From: Octopus vulgaris
Taxonomy: Eukaryota
DNA: 64,000 bases
Reading direction: 5' to 3'
NCBI GenBank assembly: GCA_951406725.2
Contig: OX597815.1
Span: forward strand, 154,132,001-154,196,000
The notes below the pieces were generated by a model, which was not told the origin of the DNA, searched no databases, and was given only the letters and a program-made list of their open reading frames with translations. Made by a program: the position numbers and the translations under genes. Positions 52,200 through 64,000 of the stretch are shown one piece after another (the first letter of the stretch is position 1; every line of letters begins with the position of its first letter).

Positions 52200-53845
52200 T
52201 CAAAACCCAACGCTACGCTAGCCTCTATATTTTTACTCAATGGACAAAAATGGAAGATCCAATTCATTGAGGATTGGGTTGGTAATCATTCATACTACAC
52301 AATTTTCTTTATTCTTACCAAGATCCACCTTGACATCTCTCACTTGGAAACCGCAGTGAATGTGAGGAATTTCACAATCATCCACGCAAATCGAGTCGAC
52401 AGAAGAAAGGATAGAACTGTCATTTTCCTGCATGATTCCTATTCGGCAGATGGAAATAGCACATTCCCCAATGGCTACTCTGAATCAGTCACCGTGCACA
52501 ACAAAACAATAACCTGATAGTAGTTGGGCTGTATAGCCCACCTCAGACACCCGTGTTGCTCTTTAAAGAATGTCTCAATAGCATTAAGTGCTTTATTCAA
52601 CAGTGTTTGAAACCAGACACTCCCCTCTCGTCTGCTGATAAAGAAGCAGTAGAAGTCACCTCTCGATTTTCTGAATGAGATTTTCTTGTTACTACTTGTC
52701 GTTGCATCAAGAAGATATCAGAATATTTTAGGCTTAATGTTTAGTAACCACACTAACACTATACATAATATCACAGTGGAAAAAAACTCTTCTTTCAGAC
52801 CATGACATGCTTCTCTGCAACCTGAGATTCTACCAGCCGAAAGCTAACTCTTGTGAACTTTCTCCAGCCCACCCATTTGATAACATGAATCCCTGTGATG
52901 CAGTACCCAACGCGTTGTAGTCGAAGGTGTAAAATCAAGCCCGCCAAAGTAAGTAGTGGTGTTCTCCAAGGCTCTGTGTTGGGTCCACTCTTTTTCGTCA
53001 TCTACATCAATGACATTACTGACATCGTCAATCACAACAACCTAAGGATCTTTTCAGATGATTCCAAGATCCAGAAGGTCATCAATGAAATGGGTGACTA
53101 AACATGCCTTCAGTCAGACTAACTGGCTGTCAACCAATGGGAGGAAAAGAATAATTTGTTTTGAGTTAATCCACTTCGGAAAAGAGGATAACCTGAAACT
53201 CCCATACTGCCTTCCTCCAGGTGAAACTCTCATGGCATCCAACATCAGAGATTTGGGAGTGGTTGTGGACAGCAACATAAGCCAGGCCACTCATTTAAAC
53301 AACAAAGTTGACATGACTCGTAGAATGTGTTCCTGGATTCTCAGAACTTTCCGGTCGAGAAACATCCACACCATTATCCTTCTCTTCTCCACTTTTGTTC
53401 GATTCCACCTTGAGTACTGGTGTCCATTGTGGTTTCCCCACACAAAACAAAATATCATCATATGCGTGATATGGAAAATATTCCATCAGCATTGCCCAAA
53501 TTATGTCGGCATCACCTTTAAGATACACCCTAGATTTGATCTCCGTGCTGTCTGCCCACAACGTAAATCACACTCGCATCTCATTACAATACAGCACAAT
53601 CATTTCACTTCAGTTGTCCCCGGTCTCTTTAACATTACACCAAAACACAATAAAGCAGAAGCAGACACCATAAAGTTCAAGACGTCTTTGGACAAATTCC
53701 TTCAAAAAATCCCAGATAAATCTCCTACACTAGGATGTCTCCATAAACAATAACTTTCTACTAGAGTGGCCATGTTGTCCGATTCCTGATTTGAACGTCT
53801 TCGCCAGGTGGTGCTATTACGTTAGACTGGTCGAAACCTATTAAA
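52200..53845 (+). mobile_element. Decayed CR1-type LINE (endonuclease relic plus RT and 3' end)
   Basis: VSSGVLQGSVLGPLFFVIYINDI, FSDDSKI, RDLGVVVD, VRFHLEY; 3' end caggtggtgctattacg shared with 59090-59490 and 62180-62368. Confidence 0.85.
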
Positions 53846-54045
53846 AAATCAAAGTAAATAGATATAAATAAAGACATACATATCTTTATACCTTTATACA
53901 CTCAGTGTGTGTCTTTGAGTATGTATGTGTCTAAGCCTGAGTACATGGTGTTGGTATATATGTATTTACATACATGCATACTCTCTCTCTCTCACACACA
54001 CACACAAACACACGCATATATATATACGCACACAATATAACCTAA

Positions 54046-54090
<45 letters not shown>

Positions 54091-56535
54091 ATGATACATA
54101 TAAATATGTTTACATAGATGTTACATATGTATATATGTTTATCTATATATTTACATATAAATATGTATATATATTTATGCATACAAATAGCTAGATAGAT
54201 AAATGGATAGATATAAGTGTCAGAGATAGTGCGTATGAGAGGAGAGGGAGGAGGAGTGAGAGTGATAGAGAAAGAGAGCGAATTTGTAGCGAACGTTGCA
54301 CTCGCTGCTGGTTATAATATCTCTTCACTGCACTTTTGTTCTGCACACAGGGATATGAGAAACATTAATGTAGTTTATCTTGTAAATAATAAAAGATAAA
54401 AGATGGAAAGAAGGGCAAATTGTATTCGAAACTTTCTTTACCTTTATATATTTACATACAAAAGTGAAATCCGGTTTCTGTTTGATACACTTTAGAATAG
54501 TATTGATATTTATTGGTTTACTCAAGAAAGTAGAGCTGGCCAAATGACTTTGGAAATATTTCAATTACGGCCTCGGGCCATAAAGCATAATAACAGTAAT
54601 CGTCGGGTTGAAGTTAACAAATCTTTCTGAAGCGTTTATTTCCTGGGAACAATTTGTAATATTTTCGTTTATATTTATTTCATCTTCTAACATTCTATTG
54701 CGTTCAATTTCATCTAGGTGTCACAATGGGTTTACTAGCGAACAAATATTTTATGAGTTTTAGTTTAAAACCCTTTATTCTCTGAGTCACTGCCGTATTC
54801 ACGATGGACTTTTTCGTTAATATTTGTTAGGTATACATTTTATTGTTTCATGAATTTCATCGGTTATACCCTCCCTTAGAAAACGTGAGCTTAAATATAT
54901 GGGTCTAAAATATGATATGTTTTATTTACCTCACAAATAAATCAATATCATGCACAAAAATTGAAAACATTTGTAGTTTTGGAGAAAATAAATTTGTTTT
55001 GCATCTGTGAATAAAAACGAGGGAATTTACTCATTCATTTTTGATGTACTATATTTTATTCGATATGTTCTTAAACGCAAAGTTGCCTAAACCGGAAATC
55101 CTTTCAATGCCAAATTACAGAACTACAACTTAGGAAATGGTTTACCTTTCGCTTGAAATAATGTGAGGAGCTATAATATCATTATGCTTTAAGAGATGTC
55201 CTTGATTCGTTGACTCTGTAACTGTAGTATGTACTTTAAACAACAAGCTGACTATGCAGGAAACTAACTTTCAAGCATCTCAAACACAAATATCAAAGAT
55301 ATAAGTAACAGCTCATGCAGAAGTAGACTTATCCTCTGATGATAAAGTCAGCATAGCAAAAAGCAATATATTTGAACGTATGAGCTGGAACCTTCAAAAT
55401 GTTGAAGTAAGATAAATGTTTGTATGATATGAAATATTGCTTGATGTGAAGGCACTAACAATAACATTTTCTATTGATTTATCTCTTTTGTTTGATAAAT
55501 GGACATACAAAAGTGTAAGAACCCAGTATTTCAAACAATACTGTCCTCTCCGAAGTTTCAAAAGCCATATGTTCTTATGGGCCACAAACTTATCATATTT
55601 GACGAATGATATTAACTGCTTTTTAAGCAGTTTTTTTCTCCTTTGAAAAGCAGACCGCCAGTGATAGTATGCTTTCTTTCTTGTTATTCAGCATTAAAAT
55701 AAATTTGCTATTTTTGGTAAAAGATTCGACAGACTCAGTAGAGCAACGAACAAATTATTCTGCAGCATTTAGTTTGCTTCTGTTTACGCACTGAATTCGG
55801 ATGTTGTAGTGGTTCGCTTTCGCTTTCATCCTTCGAAATGGATAAAATAATTAGTAGTTTTCTTCAGGCATCGAGAAAAATCGACAATATATTCCCACTA
55901 AATCATTCCTAGCTGTGTACCTATATTATAAATCATTACGTCAATTATTGAGAATCGTTAGCGCGCCGGAAAACATAAACAGTTAGTAGCATTTCTTCCG
56001 GTTATACATCCTGGATTCAAATTTCATCCAGACCAACTTCATCTTTCCACTTTTCGCGGTTGATGAAATAAATACTTGTTGAACACTGGATGTTCTGGAT
56101 CAAATGCCACTGGGGTTAATTTTACTTTTTATCCTTTCGGAGTCGATAAAATAAGTATCAGTTAAAATACTGAGGTCGATGTAATCGACTTATCCTCTCC
56201 TCTGAACTTGGTGGCCTAGTGCTAAAATTTGATAACAATATTTCTATTATTAAGATGAAGAGCAAGCAGAATCGTTTGCACGCCGGGCGAAATGATTATC
56301 GGTATTTCGCTTGTCTTCATGTTCTGAATTCAAATTCTGTTGAGGTCGACTTTGCCTTTCATCCATTTCAGAATCAATATTATAAGTACCAGCTAAACAC
56401 TGGAGTCGATATAACTGACTTCCCAAACCCCACTCCACTCCGAAATTTCTGGCCTTGTGCCAAGAATTGAAATCAATATTATTATTATTAATGTGGCCAG
56501 CTGGCAGAAACGTTAGCGCGCAGGGCGAAATGCTT

Positions 56536-56920
56536 TGGAAGCACTCCGTCGGTTACGACGACGAGGGTTCCGGTTGATCCGAATCAACGGAACAGCCTGC
56601 TCGTGAAATTAACGTGTAAGTGGCTGAGCACTCCACAGACACGTGCACCCTTAACGTAGTTCTCGGGGATATTCAGCGTGACACAGAGAGTGACAAGGCC
56701 GGCCCTTTGAAATACAGGTACAACAGAAACAGGAAGTAAGAGTGAGAGAAAGTTGTGGTGAAAGAGTACAGCAGGGATCACCACCATCCCCTGCCGGAGC
56801 CGCGTGGAGCTTTAGGTGTTTTCGCTCAATAAACACTCACAACGCCCGGTCTGGGAATCGAAACCGCGATCCTATGACCGCGAGTCCGCTGCCCTAACCA
56901 CTGGGCCATTGCGCCTCCAC
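56536..56920 (-). mobile_element. tRNA-derived SINE, family C, inserted into a family A SINE
   Basis: Head ggaggcgcaatggcccagtggttagggcagcggactc..ggtttcgattccc; 13-bp TSD gggcgaaatgctt (56523-56535 and 56921-56933). Confidence 0.88.
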
Positions 56921-58734
56921 GGGCGAAATGCTTAGCGGTATTTCGTCTGCTGCTAGGTTCTGAGTTCAAATTCCGCCGAGGTCGACTTTGCCTTTCATCC
57001 TTTCGGGGTCGATTAAATAAGTACCATTTGCGCACTGGGGTCGATATAATCGACTTAATCCGTTTTTCTGTCCTTGTTTGTCGTCTCCATGTTTAGGTAT
57101 TTCTTCTGGCTTTACGCTCAATTTTCCCCGAGGTTGAATACCAGTTGAGCCCCTCCTCCCAAAATTCCTACAGTTGAAGGAATTCTTATTATCATTATTG
57201 TTGAAGTTATTATTAATCATTCCCTATGAAGTACATTGGCAATTTCCATTTTTTATCATGCTAACAGAATCTGAGAGAAAATGCACAAAATGTGCCGTGA
57301 TATACACGAGAATATTCTAACAATCATATAAATTCTTGTATTACGCTCTATCTTTGTCTCTTTATTTCTGGAGATGATCTGTCCATATCCTTACAGATGC
57401 GCCCTCATTCATTCTACTTTTTTCGTCATTTATACTGTTGTTTCGTGTACACACACACAAACACACACACACATACACACACACATACACACGTGTATGT
57501 ATGTATGTATGTATGTATGTATGTATGTATGTATGTATGTATGTATGTATGTGTGTTTGTATGTATGTATGTATGCATGTACGTATGTATGTTTGCATGC
57601 ATGCATGTATGTATGTATGTATATATGTGTAAGTAGGTACACATGGAAAAATATACTTATATATGTTTTGGTTACGGATATACAGATCTACTGCATAAAG
57701 ATACCCATCTAATACATATACACACAAATACATATACACACATGCACTCACCTGCAGTGTATCCATTTATAAGACTGCGTTCTGCTGCAATAATATATAG
57801 TAGGTTTTGTCGCAATTTGTTGCAGGTAACGCGGCCCCTTAAAGCATTGTTTATGATAATTGTGGTTGTCATTCCTTAACTTCTTACCAAGTTTCATTGA
57901 ATATATCACCGAACAATGCCATTGCGAACGAGACCAACCCAATTTCAAATGTTTAAGGGACAACGTGGTCCCTTATTTCTTATTTCATTATTTAACATAA
58001 TACAATATGATTTGAGGCAGAGCTAGCTGCTTTTTTCAAGCAAGTTTTGTAATTCAGAAATTAAGATTTAAACTCATAGAATAGACTTATATGATTAGGG
58101 CACGGGGTTAAATACGATCGTTGTTTACAGGAAAGCAGAAAACTATGTACACATTTCGGTTTTTTGGAGACCACATTAACAGCACACTGTCTTTCTCACT
58201 CTTTTTCTCTCCTTTTCTCTGTCAGATTCATCTGCTTCCAACGGCATAAAACCCATATTCAAAAGCATGAACTTAAGTGCACATTATTGCGTAGTGTTCA
58301 GAGTTACCCTTCAGTTATTGTAGAGTATTTCTGACGAACATACTTTTCCTAAATTTGATAGTATTAAGTTGTTAAAGATTATTAGTCTATATGAATCAAA
58401 TAAGTAATATCAATGAAGTCATTACATATGAAAGTTGTGAGTCCTGCTTTGATGTCACGATCTTGCACTCTAATAACCCTGATAATCCTGAACATTTACT
58501 GCCTCAATTATTTCTAAAGAATTGTTGTCTTTAGTTATAGACAGAAGACACTTGAGCTCTCATTAATATTCATACAATTTTCTCCGTCCACTCTTGATAT
58601 TGATAATGATATAAAACTATATTAAACGTCCTATGAGATTTACAGACCAGTTCACCGAAGTCTGTGAGACGGAAAGTGCACAATACCAAAGTTCTGATGA
58701 ACATTGAGACTGGTAAAATACACACACGTCTGTA

Positions 58735-58770
<36 letters not shown>

Positions 58771-59089
58771 GCTCCACATAGACACACACACACGCGTGTG
58801 TGTGTATAAGCAGGGTTGCTCCCATAAACAAGCAGAGTCAAAATGGCCCACAGGACATATTCTTGGATTCTTAGAACCTTCCACTCTAGAAACGCTCCTA
58901 CCAAGACTTCACCCGTCCTCACCTTGAAAACAGTTATACATTGTGATCTTCCTACACAAAATGAAATATAAAAATTGAAGACCTCCCACTGATCAATCCC
59001 GCTCCCCACCAAACAAATAGATGACATAGCAGGACTTGATTATTGGGATCATCTCGAGAAGTTCATATTCGATTCTCTTCAACGCTCTT

Positions 59090-59490
59090 CCACGCTCCCG
59101 TGAGCATTATATAATTTGTATGATGTGGAAAATATTAGAACAAAAATTCCCAAATTATACAGACATCAAATTTAATATTCACCCAAAGATTGCTCGCTGT
59201 CTTCACATCCAAATAATTACAGTGAACTGACCTTGCTCTCGCTAACACCATGTCAAGACACATATTAGATGAAAGAGATCTCATAACATTCAAATAGTTC
59301 CTGGATGAATATGTTTAACAAATTCGAGATAAGCTACCTATACCCATAATATATCTTAGCAAACAATAACCATTTAATGGAGTAGACTATGGTGCTCAAA
59401 GAATAACTTTGAAATGAAACATCACTAGACGTTTTTCCAGATGGTGCTATTACGTCAGTGATGGCCGGGGACAACACTGGCCGAAACTTA
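59090..59490 (+). mobile_element. CR1-type LINE 3' relic
   Basis: YIICMMWKI..PNY..F.IHP is similar to 53455-53530 and carries the same 3' motif ggtgctattacg. Confidence 0.6.
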
Positions 59491-59499
59491 TATAAGTAT

Positions 59500-59532
<33 letters not shown>

Positions 59533-59902
59533 CGAGCAAAACGTCCCCCATCCCGTCCAATGGACGGTGCTGAGTTGTCAAACATTTAAACCACATTTTC
59601 TCAAAACAACTTGTCCGACCATCCCATAGGCCTCTCCTTTGAGAAACACTGGTTTAACCTAAATTTGAGACATCAGCAAAAGTAGAAATAAAGATAGACT
59701 TTTTTCTATTCCAAAGAAAAACGATTTCCCGCGGCTTTATCGATCGCATTCTCACCTGGAATCGATTTTTGTAACTTTTTTCAAGACTTATACACGCCCT
59801 GATACCATCGGCATCTACATATCAAATTTGAGCGCAATCGGATGGCGGATGCCTGAGATCTTAGAAGCCACACACACACATACAGAACGGATTTGATATA
59901 AG

Positions 59903-59903
<1 letters not shown>
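59533..59903 (-). mobile_element. Probable non-autonomous Helitron
   Basis: Minus 5' end a|tcttatatcaaatccgttctgtatgtgtg resembles the 5' end of the 22217-23658 element; hairpin ccgtccaatggacgg near a degenerate 3' end. Confidence 0.45.
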
Positions 59904-59930
<27 letters not shown>

Positions 59931-59933
<3 letters not shown>

Positions 59934-60780
59934 CGTATAGTGGGTTCCTCTCAATGGTGTGATGTATGACTGCCGTTGTAATATAGCTGCTGTTTTACGC
60001 TGGTAGCCACAATAGTTACTAGTCATCGGTTACCGTTGTATCTCTTCGTACCGGAATAGTAACTTCTTCTTACTATCACTGATAGCTTCACAAGGCACCG
60101 ACTAGAATTGTCAACTCCCAACTCTTCGACTCTCGACTCTCTCTTGACGACCGACTATTGGTCTATTTACCGGGAGGGTTATACAGTTTCACTATACATC
60201 TCCCCTTTTAATTATTTTAGTTAACAATCAATTTTTTTATCCACCTCACCCTCTCCTTTTATATATATATATTCAATATCTTTTCTTCTTAGGGTCTACT
60301 TTTAGGAATTCAGTGTTCTTCCTTTTCCTTATACGTGTGGTTTCGACTTCTTGTAACGGCGTTGGAACCTGAAAGTGTCATATAGCCAATCCATCCGTAT
60401 TTCTACTCTTGTTGGTTTCTTTTCTATGACGCTTTCTTTAAGCTGATTTCTGTGTCTCCTTTCCATTCCATTTCTGCTTCTTACACTACACAACATTCTT
60501 CCTATATATCTTACAATTTCTCCTTCTTCCCAGTATTGCTTGCCGTTTTTGTACATTCTTACATACACCTTATCACCGATTCTAAAGAATTTTGACATGT
60601 CTTTACTAGTACGTATATTTTTCTTCACTAGTAACAGTTTATCGAATATTGACTTCACCTTTCTGCAAACATTAATTCTGCTGGTGAACTTCCGTTTGGT
60701 GCATTTGGGTTCGGAGTTACCCTGTTTATCTTTCAGAATTCTTGGATCGCGACCTCGTCGGTGGCTTCCGCATTAGCTTT
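59931..60780 (-). mobile_element. Gypsy-type LTR retrotransposon remnant (integrase C-terminus, PPT, 3' LTR)
   Basis: FRIGDKVYVR..W..GEI..IG....V......RRH.NQLK; PPT aaaaggggaga (about 60199-60209) directly before a TG...CA LTR at 60198-59931. Confidence 0.75.
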
Positions 60781-61558
60781 TTTAAAGCTCACTTAATATT
60801 GATCACGAACCGTTCGACGTTTCTATTCGAACTAGGGTAATACGGTACTATAGTTTTATGTCTTAACGTGAACATCTCGCAATCTCTTTTAAGCTCAATA
60901 TTGTATTATAGGTGCAGGAGGGGCTGTGTGGTAAGAAGGCGAGCTGTAAGACGGCGAGCTGGCAGAAACGTTAGCAAGCCGGGCGAAATGCTCAGCAGTG
61001 TTTCGTCTGTCTCTACCGTTCTGAGTTCAAATTCCGCCGAAGTCGACTTTGCTTTTCATCCTTTCGGGGGTCAATAAATTAAGTACCAGATGCGTACTGG
61101 GGTTGATCTCTCCAAAAGTTTCGTGCCTTGTGCCTAGAGTGGAAAAAAGAAGGCTTCTTACCAACCACATGGTTTCGGGTTTAGTCCTTCTGCGTGGCAC
61201 CTTGGGTAAGTGTTTTCTACTATAGATTCAGGCCGACCAAAACCTTGTGACTGGATATAGTAGACGAAAACTGAAGTATTCCCATCGCACATGTGTGTGA
61301 CTGTATTTGTCACCTCACCATCGATTGACAACTGGTGCTGGTGTTTTTACGCAAAAGTAACCGATAGGATAAGTACTAGGCTTACAAAGAATGAGTCCTT
61401 GGGTGGATTTGTTCGACTAAGGGCGGTGCTCTAGCATGGCAGCAGTCAATTGACTGAAACAAGTAGAAAAATAAAAGAATATATTATATATACGCACACA
61501 CAAACATATATATATATATATATATGTTTATATATATATAGATATATATATATATGTA

Positions 61559-62077
<519 letters not shown>

Positions 62078-62179
62078 TATATATATATATAGACATACAC
62101 ATATATATACATATATATATACATATATATATACATATATATATGTATATTTATACATATATACGTGTACATATTCCTT

Positions 62180-62368
62180 CAAGGAATACCACATAAGCTA
62201 CCCATAATTGGATACAACTCACCCAACAAAAACTCACTACTTGAATGGACCATAAACAAAACTTGACTTAAACAGGATTCAAATAATCCTATCAGGTGGT
62301 GCTATTAAGTTAGACATGGCCTGGACCAATTATTGGTCGAAACATATCTAAGTTTATCTAAGTTTACA
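62180..62368 (+). mobile_element. CR1-type LINE 3' end
   Basis: caggtggtgctattaagttagac..ggtcgaaac followed by a short tandem tail (tatctaagtt)x2. Confidence 0.6.
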
Positions 62369-62421
62369 TAGATATACATATATATGTATACTTATACAAA
62401 TATTCATATACATATATAAGT

Positions 62422-62479
<58 letters not shown>

Positions 62480-62486
62480 ACATTAC

Positions 62487-62736
62487 ATTAAATTAGAGAT
62501 AAAACCACTATTAGGCAAATCATACAATGAAAAACTTAAGCCAATACATAAGATTAATTAATTTATATTATTTAAATATATATCAAAATTATTAAAAAAG
62601 ATAATCGTGTTATATTAATTATCTTTTTTAATAATTTTGATATATATTTAAATAATATAAATTAATTAATCTTATGTATTGGCTTAAGTTTTTCATTGTA
62701 TGATTTGCCTAATAGTGGTTTTATCTCTAATTTAAT
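62487..62736. repeat. 119-bp-arm palindrome (probable PLE terminus)
   Basis: 62487-62605 is the reverse complement of 62618-62736 with a 12-nt spacer; preceded by (TA)n. Confidence 0.8.
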
Positions 62737-62781
62737 ATAATATAATATTTTACTATAAAATTGGATTTTACTATAAAATTG

Positions 62782-63905
62782 ATAGGCGAGACACTAAGAA
62801 AATACGAAACGGTGACGGGAGCAAAGATTAATCCGGAAAAGTCAGTGGGTTTGCTACTCGGCACCTGGAGAAGCAAGCCCATGCCGTCCGACTGCGGCTC
62901 AGTAGTGGGACGCTGGATGGAGGGACCGGTTAAATTGCTCGGGGTCTGGTTCAGTCCGGATCTCCAAATGGATAAGAACTGGGACGAGATCAAGAGTAGA
63001 GTGGTCGCTCTCAGCCAAACATGGGCCGAGAGAAAGCTGTCTCTAAAAGGTCGGGCGGATGTGGAGAACGCGTACATCGCATCCGTCATCGATTACCGCC
63101 TGACCGTCGTGCCCTGTCCCGACGCCACCATCACCAAACTGGAACGCATACCCTTCCGCTTCCTGTGGAAGGGTGGCGTTCCAATGGTGAGGAGGTCCAT
63201 TTGCTGTCAATATCCGTTGAATGGAGGACTAGGCATGCCGTGGTTGATGATGCGCAGGCATGCGCTGAGACTGCGACATCTCCGGAACTTCATCGATGAC
63301 GGTGAATAGGTGTGGGCGCCGTTTGTGAGGCGCGCGTTCCCGCAGCTCGTCTCACTGACCGAACTGCAAACGTGGATCAGGAAGAAACCGAAACTGGGCG
63401 ATTGGCACCGAGAGTGTCGCCAAGCTCTACAGCAGCTCTGCCGACCGGGGTCAAACTTGTGCAACTTACAAACGACTAAAGCGTTCTATAGAGGACTAGT
63501 GGAGGGGAGGTCCGACGACACACTCGGGGCAAACCTGGGCGTCGACGAGAAATTCCTAACCCGCCTGTTCAGGACGACGTTCGGGCCGGGGCCTATGGAT
63601 AACTTCCAGAAATCCCTGGCTTGGCAATACTATCGAGACGCACTACCTGTTCGAGAGAAGAGCTATAGGCACGGTTCGAAAACCATCACCGGACCGACCT
63701 GCCCGAGATGCGGTCAGAGCGACGAAACCGTTCTGCACGCACTCGTACAGTGTCCAGATATTTCAGAGCTGTGGACCTTCGTCGAACAGCTGTTGTCGAG
63801 TGTAGGACGGGCCCGCTTATCGGCCGAGTCTATCGTGAATATTGTTGCACCACCTTCCTTTAAACGGGAAGGGAAAACGGTTTTCGCTACGCTGATGGCT
63901 ATGGC
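62782..63905 (+). mobile_element. Tx1/L1-clade LINE ORF2 3' fragment
   Basis: GAKINPEKS, LLGVWF, RKLSLKGR, FLWKG, NGGLG, premature TAG at 63307-63309, then zinc finger CPRCGQSDETVLHALVQC. Confidence 0.88.
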
Positions 63906-63931
63906 TATTGCGCAGATGTGGATCTCAACTG

Positions 63932-63995
<64 letters not shown>

Positions 63996-64000
63996 ATATA

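Overview
AT-rich, microsatellite-dense eukaryotic DNA. The SINE families and repeat landscape suggest an octopus or other coleoid cephalopod (inference, not database-checked). The only host gene I can support is a minus-strand rhodopsin-class neuropeptide GPCR (SIFamide/NPFF-receptor-like). Two of its coding exons lie here: a 100-bp exon at 33508-33607 that the ORF track misses, and the terminal exon at 5439-6135. They are joined across a 27.4-kb intron that splits the DRY motif; the TM1-TM2 exon appears to lie beyond the window. The rest is mostly transposon debris: tRNA-derived SINEs, R4/Dong-type LINEs in (AAT)n, CR1- and Tx1-type LINEs, mariner/Tc1 relics, a hAT MITE, Helitrons and a Gypsy LTR remnant. 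The most striking signal is a recurrent class of Penelope-like (PLE) or PLE-derived insertions in (TA)n tracts, built as asymmetric fold-backs with two outward-facing 3' ends (one short, one extended). Four PLE-type insertions carry seven recognisable type I hammerhead ribozymes, including a 561-nt ribozyme-to-ribozyme tandem unit and a U3-A8 core variant.
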